DNA from: Chrysomallon squamiferum
Taxonomy: Eukaryota > Animalia > Mollusca
Assembly: GCA_012295275.1 (NCBI GenBank)
Contig: CM022670.1
Span: forward strand, 15,686,001-15,750,000
Length of the DNA stretch: 64,000 bases
Direction: 5' to 3'
The notes under the pieces were generated by a model. That model had not been told where the DNA came from and did no database searches. It saw only the letters and a list, made by a program, of their open reading frames with translations. Shown here one piece after another: positions 50,766-64,000 of the stretch; position 1 is the stretch's first letter, and every line of letters starts with the position of its first letter. Both the position numbers and the translations under genes were made by a program.

Positions 50766-53700
50766 ATGTACCGAGTTGGAAATAGTGTCAGCAAATTTTA
50801 TACAGTGGCATGCAGATCACGCAAAGTGACCGAATTATGCGTTGCGAGTGGCAATACGCAGTTTCAAAATATAGTTCGTTTAGCATCATTTGATCAGCTG
50901 TGCAAGAAGAGTGATATTTTTGAAAAACGACATATTGGGCCAAGTCAAACTGCGCAGAATGACATGCTTAAGTATATGGGACTTAAGGTAAATTAATAGT
51001 CAGCTATTTATTTTATTATTATTATTTTTATTATTATTATTATTATTATATTTTTTTATTATTATTATTATTTTTTTTTTCATGTTTGCGTTTCGTGCAA
51101 GTATTAAACTAATACATACTATTAAATAATTATATTGTACACTCGCTTAGTATAAAAACATACACACATATATATCCTTGTTACCAGCAGTTGTAAAATA
51201 ACCTACATAAGCATTATGTTTTATTTTGGAAAATTGAACGTATGGGTACTGTAGGACAACAAAAAAAAAAAAAAAAAACAATTTAAAAAAAAAAAAAAAA
51301 AAACCCACAAAAAACATGTGTAATAACACATCCACCTTTGTTTTAAAACAGTCTGGAAAATTATTGTATACTTTTTATATTGTTTCTTACAATCAGAAAA
51401 TATTTCATTTTCAAGATTTGATATAACAACTTAAATATGATTTTAACTAATAATCAACCCTGATAATAAAACAAAATAAATTATTAAAAAATAGGAATGT
51501 TTTTTTATTCCTCTTAATATTATTAGCTACTTTCTGCATTTTTTTATTTTTTTATTATTATTGATCAGCAAGTTACCATAGGAACACTGTTCCACAGAAA
51601 ATACCTTTACATGCTAGTAGTTATACTAACTAAACATAGAGGATATCAATGATAAAAATTAAATGTTAATTTATAAATTCTGTTCATGTGAGGTTTGACA
51701 AAATTTATATTATGACTTTACTGAAATTAGTCGGCAATTGGTTAAAGGCCTCGTACCTGAAATATAGAAATTCTGTTCTTTTTTATTTTAATGGTTGTAC
51801 CTCAAGAGTTGTTTTCTTTATGAAGAATACAATTAATAATAAATAATATTGTTTCTTGTTCCAGTTATATTAACTTTCATAATGATCATAAGGATAATAT
51901 TTGAATCTGTTATTTGGATCATTCATGAAATGGGTCTACTTTTTATTCAGTTTTTCAGAAGTAAGTAGAGACTATCATGAATTCTTTCAAAATACGTGTA
52001 ATAAAAATTATACAGATATACAGAAGTGTAATAAAATGTATAAATCTCTCAGATGTGTGTACATATGTATGGAGGGTTTTTTTAAAATAAATTTTCTTGT
52101 ATGTTTGTTTTTCACAGCTTTGAAATTTAAGGATTAAAAACAGATTAATAAAACTATTATTTCAATTAACTGAGAACATTTCTGATAATGATATTAAAAT
52201 ATTCATTTTTTTTTTTTCTTATTTATATATATTTTTTTTTAAATTATTATTTTTAGTAGTAGAGTTTTATTCTATTTCTTATCTTATCTTATCTTTTTTT
52301 TTTTCCACTGAAATATGATCTTTTGTAAATTATTCACAAATTACCAAAATAACATCAAATTGAACTGAAAGTTAAAATGTCATTTTTTAAAATTATTTTA
52401 ACAAGCACACTGCATGCTGTGTTAAATAACATGACTCTTAGTTCAGCAGCTGCAAGATGGTCCAACTCAAATAACATAAGGAAAAAATTTCTAAAGCAGC
52501 TTCATAATAACACTGACAACAAAAAGTTTTTGTTGGTCACGTATGCCTAGGACATTTTTGCTTCGTAAAAGTAACTTTTTCCTTCTTTGACTAGGATATT
52601 AATTTCTTTGATACTGTAAAAAAAATAACAAACTAAAATGCCCAGTTATTTTTATATTTATAATTTTCCAACACTGACAGTTAGCAAGAAAGTGGTAAAC
52701 TTTTTTTCACTCAGTATACTGGTTAAGGTTATTGTACTTGTAACCTTATTTACTTCTGGTTTTCTATGGATGACAGAATATTAATTATAATATGTTGACC
52801 TAGTTTAACATTTTGATCTACTTTACAGTTCTGGAAGGATTTGCTCTTGTGAACTAGTTTACTTAAAGCATCTTTCTAGTCTTCTTTGTTTTTTTCATTA
52901 TATCTTTTCCCATTTGAAATTAAATCTTTTCAATTATAATGGAAAGTGCTTAGAACTGTGTTTCAAAGCAATAGCACAGAAAATTTCCTGCAAATGTATG
53001 GGTGTGGTATTCATATGTGTGTGTATATATATATATATGTATGTATGTATAAATTTAACTTTTTAAGTGTTAGTAATCTGAATAGTTTGGTTACCATGTA
53101 TGTATAGAGGAGAAGATATTTCATATAACTAGCTTTGATGTATATTCATCTATGCAAAATAATAGTTTAAGATAGTTCATAGATAATTAATACTTGTAAA
53201 TCAGACAAAACGTTTAATGTTACTACATGGTAACCAAACTATTCAGATTATTAGCACTTAAAAAGTTAAATTTATACATAATTATTTGTTAAAGCTAATG
53301 AAAAAATATAAATGCTGTCACAAATTTATTATTTTAATATTGATATTTTATCATATTCACTCAATACTGTTACATGTGTGTTGGTTGTATGTATGTGTAA
53401 ATGATTGTGTGCCTGTACACACAAATTAACGTGTACATTTGTGTGTGTAAAATCATTTAATTTCATCACATGATTACTTAGCCAACTTTTAATAACTCAT
53501 TTGACAAATGTGTTTGATACAGGTTTTTTAAACTTGTGTGTTTATACCAGCTTATATGGTGGGGGGGAAAAAGATAATTTTTATGTGTGTGGGTGAAAAG
53601 TGGGTGTTTTAAAAATTTTAAAATTAAAAGAGATTTTAAAAAAAAGTATTTATTAATATTATTATTGTTATTGTTATTATTGTTATTATTATTATAACAA

Positions 53701-54364
53701 TTATTATTATTATTATTATTATTAATTTGTATTTTTAATTACACAGTCCAACTACTTTTTGAGTTGAGTTTGTTTTGATATGGAAATTTTGTAAGTAATT
53801 GTTCTGTTACAAAACACCGTACTTCAAGCTTCTGTTAACACAATCATCTAGTACAGCGTTCAAGAACCTTTATCTTCCTGTCAAACAGTACGAGTAGAGT
53901 CAGCTGATTTGTATAACAACCCTTACAAGTTCATTCATGTTTTTATACATTCTGCTGCAACCAGGAATATTCATGGTTATAACAACAGAATTCACTCCAG
54001 TCAACTGGTCTCATTTCATTTTTTTTAGATTTACAATTTTTTTTCATGTACATTCATTATGAAAGAAAAGATAGAATACAGTGGGCTAATTATATGATGG
54101 CGTGTCCTTCACATCTCACCTTGAATACAAAAAGAGCATGTGACTTTTTGATAACCTAAATTTGCACAATACAGCTGTAACTGTCTTAGTAAACCAGGTC
54201 AGGGAAATGACCTAACTGATTAAAACTTATAAGTACATTACACCTAAATGGGTAGGTTTTAATACCATAAATATTAAGAAGAAACAAATGTAATTTTTTA
54301 CCATCCTGTGTTTTATCTTTTATAAACAGGATAAAAATACTTTGAATCGATGAAACCATTAAAA

Positions 54365-54399
<35 letters not shown>

Positions 54400-55185
54400 C
54401 AGCTGAAAATGTTCAAAAAAATTATCGTTCAGATTTGTAAAGTTAAAACAGATTTTGAAAATATTGGCCTATTTAGAAGATATCGCATCTTATTTATATT
54501 GAAAGAGTCACAGTGACATGGCAAATGCCCTTCAATAAAGTAAATAATATAATTAGTTCTACACAGTACTCTGTCTTGCAGAATATATTGTACAATTCAT
54601 TGACTTCTGGTACATTATGTGGTTAATGATGGCTACATTCTCAGTAATTTATATTATTTGAAGTTTCTTCAAAACATTTCTTTTTTAATTTACCTCGTAA
54701 TGTATTTCTGATATTTGTGCATTGGACCATAAAACTTTTTCATCATTTGATATATATTTTTTCTGTAGCATTTCCACCTTCATATCTAGTTATTAAAATG
54801 CAGAACTTTATTCTTAAGGATTTTTAAATGCTTGTCATATGTTAATTCATGTGTCATAATCACAAATTAGTAAGCTACTGTAAAAATAATCTTTGTAATT
54901 GTATTAATAATACCTCTTCTTTACATTATGAATTTATATATAGCTTTTTAAAGTAATTTAATGCATTTACAGTTTCAGTATTCATCCTTCCATCACCATG
55001 AACATGGATACTATTATTAATGTACTTTATAATTCCGAAACTGATCAAAATTATTGAAATTAAAATTTAGTTTTTTTTTTTTTTTTTTTTTATTATCTTA
55101 TAATGTGTAATATTATTGCTTGTTTTAACGTTTTGTATAAATCTTTTTTTTTTATGTACATGTCAAAACACATGTCTATGCCTGA

Positions 55186-55223
<38 letters not shown>

Positions 55224-55707
55224 CATTTCTTCAGCCTTTGGTAAATAAATATGAACCAGTGATATGGATGACTGGTAATATAGATCACTGCACGCATGAC
55301 GCTTTTTCCCTTTAGTGTTTACTAAAGTACACAGTTGTGTGACTCAGCTTCTTGATCCAGCCTGTTGTCAAATTTTTTTCTAAAATCACAGGGTGCAAGA
55401 TCAGTCATCTGTATCACCCTTTATGCTGTTTTTATTTCCATTAGGCCTGTATTATCAAAGGGCCATTATATCAGCTTGTCTGACTCTGAAAAAGTGCATG
55501 TAAAACATCCTTGTTGATTATGAACAACAGTATCTCATGTTACCAAGTAGTGGCATTCTCTCATATTATGTTACATATATTACAGCCTTCTTGATAGATT
55601 GTAACTGTTAACAGAATGTGAGCTGTCATTAAACTATCTCATAAACATTAGCATGATCAGTACGTGTGTGTGTGTGTGTGTGTTTGTATGTATGTGTGTA
55701 TATGTGT

Positions 55708-55742
<35 letters not shown>

Positions 55743-55770
55743 TATGTATGTGTGTATATGTGTATATGTA

Positions 55771-55807
<37 letters not shown>

Positions 55808-58800
55808 ACTTGTACACACACATAATTATTTGGCTTTTACAGTAAAATTTAAGTTTTAATTAATTTATTAATTTAGACAATCAATTAGTTAACACACACA
55901 CACAACCATTTTACTCTTTTTTGTCAGATAATTATTTGGCTTTTACCGTAAAATTTTAATCTCGATTTATTATTTCAGAGCATCAGTGAGTTGATATCTA
56001 AAACTGTACCATCAACCATTCAACTGAACAGAGAACTAAAGCTGCAAGAACCACTAGGTAAGTTAAACAACATTAGAAATATTTAGTAAGACGGTAAAAT
56101 AGTATTACACCCATAGTTATTTTCTCATATGTTTACACAACAGAATAAAAAAAGAGAGAAATTTTATTTTAATCCAGTGATCAACCTTCTGTATTAAATT
56201 TTAATAGTTGAATGACATTGATCTACAGAAGATGTTTATTACACAGTTATTCTGTTAAGTAAATTGTTAAATCACAGTTTTAATGTTTTGTTTTCTTTTT
56301 TTCACATTTATTTTAGAAGAATAACTATTTGTCACAATGTTGGTAAAAATGAACAAGTGTTTGTTGTATTTTAGGTTAAAATTAATAACTGTTGTTATAT
56401 TGCTAGTAAAAATGAGCAAATATTTTTTCTTATCTGGAAGATTAACAACTGTTTTTTTATGTTATAGGCAAAAATTAATAACAGTTATTTTATACATGAA
56501 AAGTAATAACTTATATTCTGGGTGAACTATGAATAAATATATTGTAGGTGAAAATGAGTAAATGTTTGTTAAATTGCAGGTCAAAATTAATAATTGTTGT
56601 ATTTATTATTACGTAGGTGAAAATAACTAACTGTTTTATTGAGGGTGAAAATGCATTAAATGTATACAATATGAATAAATATTTGTTATTTTGTAGGTGA
56701 AAATGAGCTTCTTGAACATCTTCTGTCAATTGCAAAACAGAATGAGATCTGGCGCAGCTACATTGGCACTGGCTACTACAACACATACACACCAACCACA
56801 ATCTTGCGCAATATGTTTGAAAACCCCGGATGGTAGGATTTTCTTTTATTAAATTCAATGCTATAATCAATATTTGTGTTCAATAAGATTATTAATGATA
56901 ACCTATTTACAAACTGATAATTCAATTAAATGTTAAACTGGTAACTACTGTTTTGGTGTAAACAAACACCAATATCACAGTCTTACACAATAAGTTTGAA
57001 AATCTACAATGGCAGTTTTGTTGGGTTTTTTTTTTTTTTTTTTTAATACTGTATGTCATAATTAATTTTTATGTTGAATATGATTATAAAAACAACCCAT
57101 CAACAAAATGATAATTCCTAGGATAGTCTAAACCTTTAACATTTTGCTACAGAATATTAAATCATGTAAAAAATATTGTTTTGCTGTAGAATATTATACC
57201 ATATAAAAACTCCATTTTGCTGTAGAACATTATATGACATAATAAGACCATATTGCTATATAATATGTCACATTAATGTTCCTATTTGCTATAGATTATC
57301 ATATCACATAAACATCATTTTGCTACAGAATATTATGTAGCATAAAAACACTATATTGCTAGAGAATATTACATCACATAAAAACACCATTTTGTTATAG
57401 AATATTACATATCATAAAAACACCATTTTGCTGTCAAATATTACATCACATAAAAACACCATTTTGTTATAGAATATTACATGACAAGAAACATCATTTT
57501 GCTATAGAACATTATATGACATAAAAACACTGTTTTGCTGTAGACTATATTAATTATATACAAATATCATTTTGCAACAGAATATTATATCTATCTCTGA
57601 CACATAAATACAGAAACATACTAATTTTTTTTACCCAGGGTCACACAGTACACACCCTATCAGGCAGAGCTTGGGCAGGGCAGACTGGAATGTCTGCTCA
57701 ACTTTCAGACCATGATTGGCGATTTGACTGGATTCAACGTCGCAAATGCGTCACTGCTGGATGAAGCAACAGCTGCTGCAGAAGCAATGTCACTCTGTTG
57801 TAGGTGTGTACTGAACTGTGTTCTAAAACACAGATTTATCTGTGTTGATAAAACAATGAAACACAATAATCTAATTGTTACTAAATAGAATTATATACAA
57901 AACTGTGTTAAACTGTAAATCAGAAAATGTCAGTGAGGATGTGACTTAAATTTAGCAGGACAGTAGAAGATGCTAAAGTTTATGATATTAACTACTAAAA
58001 ACTTTTCAGATGTTTTTAATGTGTTTATCTTACTGAATTTGCTGAATTCTAAAGCTGTGATATTTTTTCTGATTTTCAGTAAAAAAAACAAAATATTTTC
58101 TCCTAAAATATAGGTATAGATAGATATATATATTTTTTTATTATCATTTTTATGTGTCCATCGTAAGTTTAAAATATTTCATGTTCTGTGACAGGCCAGT
58201 ATTTGCCTTTTTTGAGTTGATAATTTTTTAACTTTTTTTACAGACACACCAAGAGGAGAGTATTTTACATGGATACAAGTCTTCACCCACAGAACATAGC
58301 TGTAGTTGAAACCAGAGCTGAGTAAGAATCTGTTCTTTCTCTTTGTATTTCACCTGTGTTTTTCACATACCCAGCACCATTTTTTGTTTCAGTATAATTT
58401 GTTACCAAACTGTTTTCTCAGCACGAAACATTTATCTTTTATTATTTCCTGTTATTGTAGTCCAAGTCTTGTCAAGGCGTCATTCACTCTGCCACATATT
58501 CTGACTAAATATTCAGACCATGATTGAAAATGAATAAACTATCTTCTTATAATGATCTTCTTTGTTTTGAATCTTGACTTTTAGTAAAAATGTCATTTAT
58601 ATAATTTATAATTTTCAGGGCTCTAGGTATCAGAATAGTAAAGCAGTATTGGAAGGAGATGGATTTCACATCAAACGATGTCGCTGGTGTTCTCATTCAG
58701 TACCCGAACACTGATGGAGCAGTTGAAGATTATTCTCAGCTTGTGAACAATGCACATAACAACGGGGTATTTACCACTTGAACTAAAATGATGTTTACTG

Positions 58801-61800
58801 GTCACTGTTAGTTTGTCAGATGTACTCTCCTTGTTTTGATTATTAGAAATGATTATGAAATGCACTTCTGTGCAGTAATTAAGTAAAACAATTGATTTTA
58901 TTTTATTCAGTGTTAATAATTGAATGGTTCTTTAAGGAAATTTTGTTTCAAGAACTCTCTGCCCATGTTATGTTCTGATCAGCATGTGAAAACTTTAAAT
59001 TTCATCTACAAATGGCATTGGTGGTTTATCCTCTATTTCAGTATTAAATGTAAAGCATCACTGAAAAACACCAAACTTTCACAGAAATTATCATCCGTAA
59101 CATAAAGTATTGTTTTTTTAATAAAATGAATGATAATATTAAAATATTACAGACACTGGTAGTTTGTGTGACAGACTTGTTGGCACTGACATTACTGAAA
59201 CCTCCAGGTGAGATGGATATGGATATCACTGTGGGAACCAACCAGCGCTTTGGTATTCCTCTGGGGTATGGTGGACCACATGCTGGGTTTTTTGCCTGCA
59301 AGGACACATTCATTCGAATGATGCCAGGACGTATGGTAGGAGTAACCAGGTATTTCTTATTTTTAAAAACACATTTATTACATATATTTAGTCATTATGA
59401 CTGATATAATATTATAAACAGTAATAATGTAGTTTTTCCTTCTAATTATATATTTTAAAAATCATTAACAGATATTCAAGATCTTTTTGTCAGATTGGTT
59501 ACCTGTATATTCTAGACAATAATGTTATAATGACATTTCATTTTTCTCTCTCTTTTTTTTTTAAAAGCAAAATGTTTACTTTAAATGACAAATTTACAAC
59601 TGTGGAATATGTACAGCTAGATATTTATGACAAAGATGTCAATAATGAAAAAGAAATCAAAATGTAAATATTCAGTGAAGTTTCAATCCTAAGCATCTGT
59701 AATAATGTTTTAATTTACCAGAGATTCGCGAGGGATGGATGCATACAGACTGGCACTCCAGACTAGAGAACAACATATTCGTAGAGACAAGGCAACAAGT
59801 AACATATGTACTGCTCAGGTAACCAATATTTTGTATAATCTTACTGATTCTGTTAAATACTGTTGTATAAACTCAGATAAATGTATTTATTTAAATCAGT
59901 TAAATATCTATAAATATTTATTAATTCAGGTTTAGACAAATGTGTATACACATAAACACACAAACACACACAAACATGTATGTACATACATATGTATCTA
60001 AACCTGAATTACTAAGTATTTATAGATATTTAACTTTTCATTCCAAGAAAAGGCCAAACTCAATTCTGATTCGTTGTTCATTAGAGACACATAGACTGAA
60101 CTGTTTGTTTATTTAATACAAGTTTTATCATAATTATCATCCTGTGGATATATGATGTTTTTGTTTTTATATCCAGGCATTGCTTGCCAACATGTCAGCT
60201 ATGTTTGCTGTGTATCATGGTGCAGACGGTCTAAGACAAATTGGAAAGAGAGTTCACACAGCAGCACTCATTCTTGCCGAAGGTAAGTGAAGTGATGAGT
60301 AAAAACATTTTTGTTTAATTTACTGTTGCACTTGTGAGAATAACAAGTGAATGACATTATATGATAATGATTTCAGAAAAGCAAGAGTGCTCTCACATAT
60401 TAACACTAATTATTGCAGAAAGTTTATTATTATTATTCATTTATTTTTGGAGTTTAAATCTAAAAACCAGATAGCTGATGACATATAATATATTTAGTCA
60501 GACTGACAAGAATTCATATCAGAACAGTGATATGACGGAAGAATTTAAAAAAGATCTATTTTTATTTTATTTAGTTTAATTAGAACTAGTAATTACTCAG
60601 AACTACTGACTTTTAAAATATGCATATTATTAATTCTTCATCAGGGTCATCTTAACAGCATTATAGCCCCTGGGCAAAGCATTGTATTAGGGCACTTACA
60701 TTCACAACTATGAAAGGATTTACTGACAGCATATCACAGCATACATGGATTGCACAGGTCCCAAGATCCATGGACACATCACTTAAGACAGTACTGCTGT
60801 TCAGATATTTTATGATGATTCATCTTGCTTTTAAATTTTTTCATTTTCTTTTCCACACTGCCATTAGTTTCCATCTTTTTATCTTATTGGAAACACTGTA
60901 CAAAGAATACTGGTAATAATTTTATATTTTTGAATATATGTTTTCTCTGACAGGTATTAAAAGTGCTGGTCATGCTCTGAGTTCAGAAATATTTTTTGAC
61001 ACTGTCAAGTTTTTGCCCAGACAAGGACAGGATCAGCTCCGAGAAAACGCAGAATCTAAGTCAATCAACCTGAGATATTTTGCTGATGGTCACGTGAGTA
61101 TCTCCATGTGATAATGTAAACAAAAATTGAGAATATGAAAACATAATCTCTCATTTATAAGAGGTTCAAATCTCAGTTCTGATTCCAGTTTGAAGCTTGT
61201 TTAATTAAACATAGAAGTGAAATTTTTATTATAAATAGAGCTGTAATTTAATGTGGGTATGGCCAAGTGGTTAGAGTGACTAACTGTTACACATCACAGA
61301 ATCACTGCAGTTCAGTGGTATTTTCTGTTTATTCCAGTTCACCTTGCTTGTTTAACACAGACATGAAAAACTGCATGCAAAAATATATTAGATATGTACT
61401 GGTTGCTTTGGTTTCTTGTCTGTTATCAGTTTAATACAAAAAAATGAATATGACATAAATATTTACATTAACATAAAATTGTAAACTATTTATTAATTCA
61501 TTTAGTGAAAGATTCCAGAATAAAAAACAACACTGGAAAAAAAAAAAAAAGGAAGATGAAATGAAATTAATCCTGAACTTATATAAAAAAAATTATGTTG
61601 TTATAAAACAAAAGAAAAAAGCATTTTCTATCACTCAGGAGATTGTATTGAGTTATTATTTAACTTTTTTTTTAAATAGTTATATGTGACTGACGTTTTT
61701 AAACAGTATGGAATTTGTTTTATATTGTTTGTATTATGAATAACTGATTTTCCAGGCTAATAATTTTTTGTATGTTCCAGGTTGGAATTTCTCTTGATGA

Positions 61801-63653
61801 AACAGTTGAATCAGCTGACTTGGCCGACCTTCTTGAAGTTGTGGGTTCTCCTTGCACCACAGTAAGATTTTCATTTTTACATCCAATGAATATATTAAGA
61901 TACTAAAAGTGACTATATTAATGATGAAATATCTAAAAATGTATTTGGTCCAATTTTCTTAAACTATTAATGTTAGCAGTAATTGTAGCAGTTTATGCTA
62001 TAAATTTACAGCAAATAATAATAAATAGATACATATTTCACTAGTTAAATTTTCAGTTCACAGAACAAAAATTTTTATTTAATTTCACTAGTTAAATTTT
62101 AATAATTTTAGAATAACGAATTCGTATTTTCAGGAGCAGATAATAGAGAAATTTGGTATGAATTTTGGCAATACTGGTTTGCTGAACAAAGAATTAAGGA
62201 GAACTAGCGATTTTCTCACACATCCTGTCTTTAACATGTATGTATTTACAAGAAGTTATTTCCCTCTGTGGTACTAATTACTGTCATTTTCTATATCATG
62301 GAACCTACTCCAGAAGTCACAAAACCATGGTCTCACTGTACTAAATTTTTTGCTTTCATTTATTGATATCATTTATTTTTTTAAATTATCATAAAATATT
62401 TTTAAAAATTCAAAAAAAAAGTAAATAAATAAATTTTACAAGATAATTTTGCTTAGTCTAATGTAAATATCCAAAAGAAATACAGCAGAAGAAAGAACAC
62501 ATTATTATCTGATAGAGAAGAAAATTATTGTTTAAGTTATAAATATCTCTAATAATTGTTTACATTAATAATAGTTTACATAAATGATTATTTCAGAAAT
62601 ATTAAACACTTGAGTGATTTATATTAAAAGAAAATTTCAATTTTTTTTTTTTTTAAACCTTTATCTGTCTTTTTTATTGTTCTGCCTCAGTAATTTTGAA
62701 TGACAGAATTGTTGTTAATGATTTGTTATTACTTCTGCAGACACCAGTCCGAGACAAACATCGTGAGATACATGAAGCAGCTAGAAAACAAAGATTTGTC
62801 TCTTGTTCACTCTATGATACCTCTGGGCTCCTGCACCATGAAACTGAACAGTACAACAGAATTAATGGTAAAACTTCAAACCTTAAGTTATTTTATTCAT
62901 ACTGACAGGCAAAACAATTACTGCAGTATAATATTTTGTTGTTAAAAACTGTAAGAACATTTGAAAAATATTTTTATTGCTATGAATAGCAGAAATTCTC
63001 ACCTTTTTACCTTTCTTTAATATATATATATATATATATACACATTATTATATATTTACACAATTAAAATGATTTTCCAGCATTTTTTAAAATTATTTTG
63101 ATCAGCTTCAATATGACTAGTACTATTTCTTTTGCTTCAGTGAATATTATTTTATTAATTGTAAAAAATATGTTTTATTTCCCTAGATTACACCACAGAA
63201 GCCTTTCCTTTTTTCTTGGGTTTTTTTTTTTTTTGGTTAAATTATTTATAAATGATCTCAATCAACTGTAAAAATTCAGAAATTCACTGACTTTTTATAA
63301 TACCCCGAGTAATACTAAAAAGAATTTGTTAACAAAGATTTTTTTAAATCAGTTTTTATTTATTTAATTTTTTTTTTTTCTTTAAAAAGAAGGAAAAAGT
63401 AGCAGTTATCAATTATCAAATATTTGAATATATATCAGTGATACTATTTAATTTCCACAGTATTGAAAACTTTAACAAGTTTATTGAAGACTTTCATTTG
63501 TTACTGACAGCCCTGCTCATGGAATGAGTTCACCAAAATCCACCCATTTGTACCTCCAAGCCAGGCCACTGGATATTACCAGATGTTTCATGAACTGGAA
63601 GATGATCTTTGTGAAATAACTGGATACGACAAAGTATCCTTACAGCCCAACAG
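50766..63653 (+). CDS. GLDC: Glycine decarboxylase (glycine cleavage P protein), first 14 exons; gene continues beyond the window
   Basis: GT-AG exons with consistent phases: 50766-50987 (FEKRHIGP), 55979-56057, 56697-56832 ([16 protein letters not shown]), 57639-57803 ([31 protein letters not shown]), 58244-58321, 58619-58766 (QYPNTDG), 59153-59349 ([25 protein letters not shown]), 59722-59818 ([24 protein letters not shown]), 60177-60282, 60954-61093, 61781-61861, 62134-62237, 62741-62867 ([13 protein letters not shown]), 63511-63653 ([18 protein letters not shown]). Confidence 0.97.
53044..53280. repeat. Inverted repeat: 57-bp arms, 123-bp spacer (MITE-like or foldback)
   Basis: 53044-53100 is the reverse complement of 53224-53280 with 2 mismatches. 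Confidence 0.9.
55664..55805. repeat. Interrupted (TG)n microsatellite in GLDC intron 1
   Basis: Visible directly. Confidence 0.9.
56310..56710 (+). repeat. Degenerate ~30-35-bp tandem repeat containing copies of the GLDC exon 3 acceptor
   Basis: Repeated (t)aggtgaaaat(g/a)a and aggtcaaaattaataa units ending at the real acceptor ttgtag|gtgaaaatgag (56697). Confidence 0.7.
57140..57590. repeat. Minisatellite, ~36-bp unit, about 12 diverged copies, in GLDC intron 3
   Basis: Recurrent unit similar to ccattttgctrtagaatattacatcacataaaaaca. Confidence 0.9.
59898..60035. repeat. Inverted repeat: 39-bp arms, 60-bp spacer
   Basis: 59898-59936 (agttaaatatctataaatatttattaattcaggtttaga) is the reverse complement of 59997-60035 with 2 mismatches. 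Confidence 0.85.
61255..61380 (+). mobile_element. Possible degenerate tRNA-derived SINE head in a GLDC intron
   Basis: TGGCCAAGTGGTTAGAG matches the Pol III A-box. The B-box is decayed and no cloverleaf can be formed. Confidence 0.3.
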
Positions 63654-64000
63654 GTATTTTCATTTTTTTATTTTTTTTTACGTTTTTTTACATCATTATG
63701 GTCAAAAATGAAAACAGATTATCCTTGTTTCTGATTGAACATTTATATGTGTTGTGGTTTTTAAATTAAAGAAGAAAAATAACAATCAAAGAATAAATAC
63801 TATCTGGTTTACATTTTGCTGAAACTTTAGTGATGAAGTTACTGACATCCTTGCTTGTGGGATAACTTCATCCAAATCGACCCATTTGTTCAAGCTATAA
63901 TCTGTTGTGGTTTTCAGACCAAAAACAAGTATATAATTTTGACTAGTTTAAATGATATATTTGTTTATAATATATAAATTGAGAAGAAAATATGCAGAAT

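Noticed and set aside
57140-57590. CRISPR-like ~36-bp periodicity
   Set aside because: Head-to-tail units without unique spacers, inside a eukaryotic intron: a minisatellite.

Overview
Very AT-rich, microsatellite-rich animal genomic DNA with GT-AG introns. It is probably from a mollusc or other lophotrochozoan, an inference from a SINE relic and sequence style. Most ORFs in the supplied track are microsatellite artefacts, so genes were rebuilt by manual exon splicing. 1-24 kb has no recognisable coding exon, only many 200-500 bp CpG-containing islands (enhancer-like), a good CTCF motif and SINE relics. Four conserved genes follow: MSL3 (minus, 11 exons, 24890-32250), AASDHPPT (plus, 5 exons, 35266-41752, with a 1-nt frameshift in exon 3), intronless MRPS9 (minus, 44466-45677) and GLDC (plus, 14 exons seen from 50766, running off the window). 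The most notable structure lies in the last intron of AASDHPPT: four intact, same-strand exons from a poly(A)-binding protein gene (RRM4 plus Pro/Gln linker, 262 codons). They form a phase 0-0 cassette whose evident downstream exon is the AASDHPPT terminal exon, so this is a candidate chimeric or nested PPTase-PABP gene.
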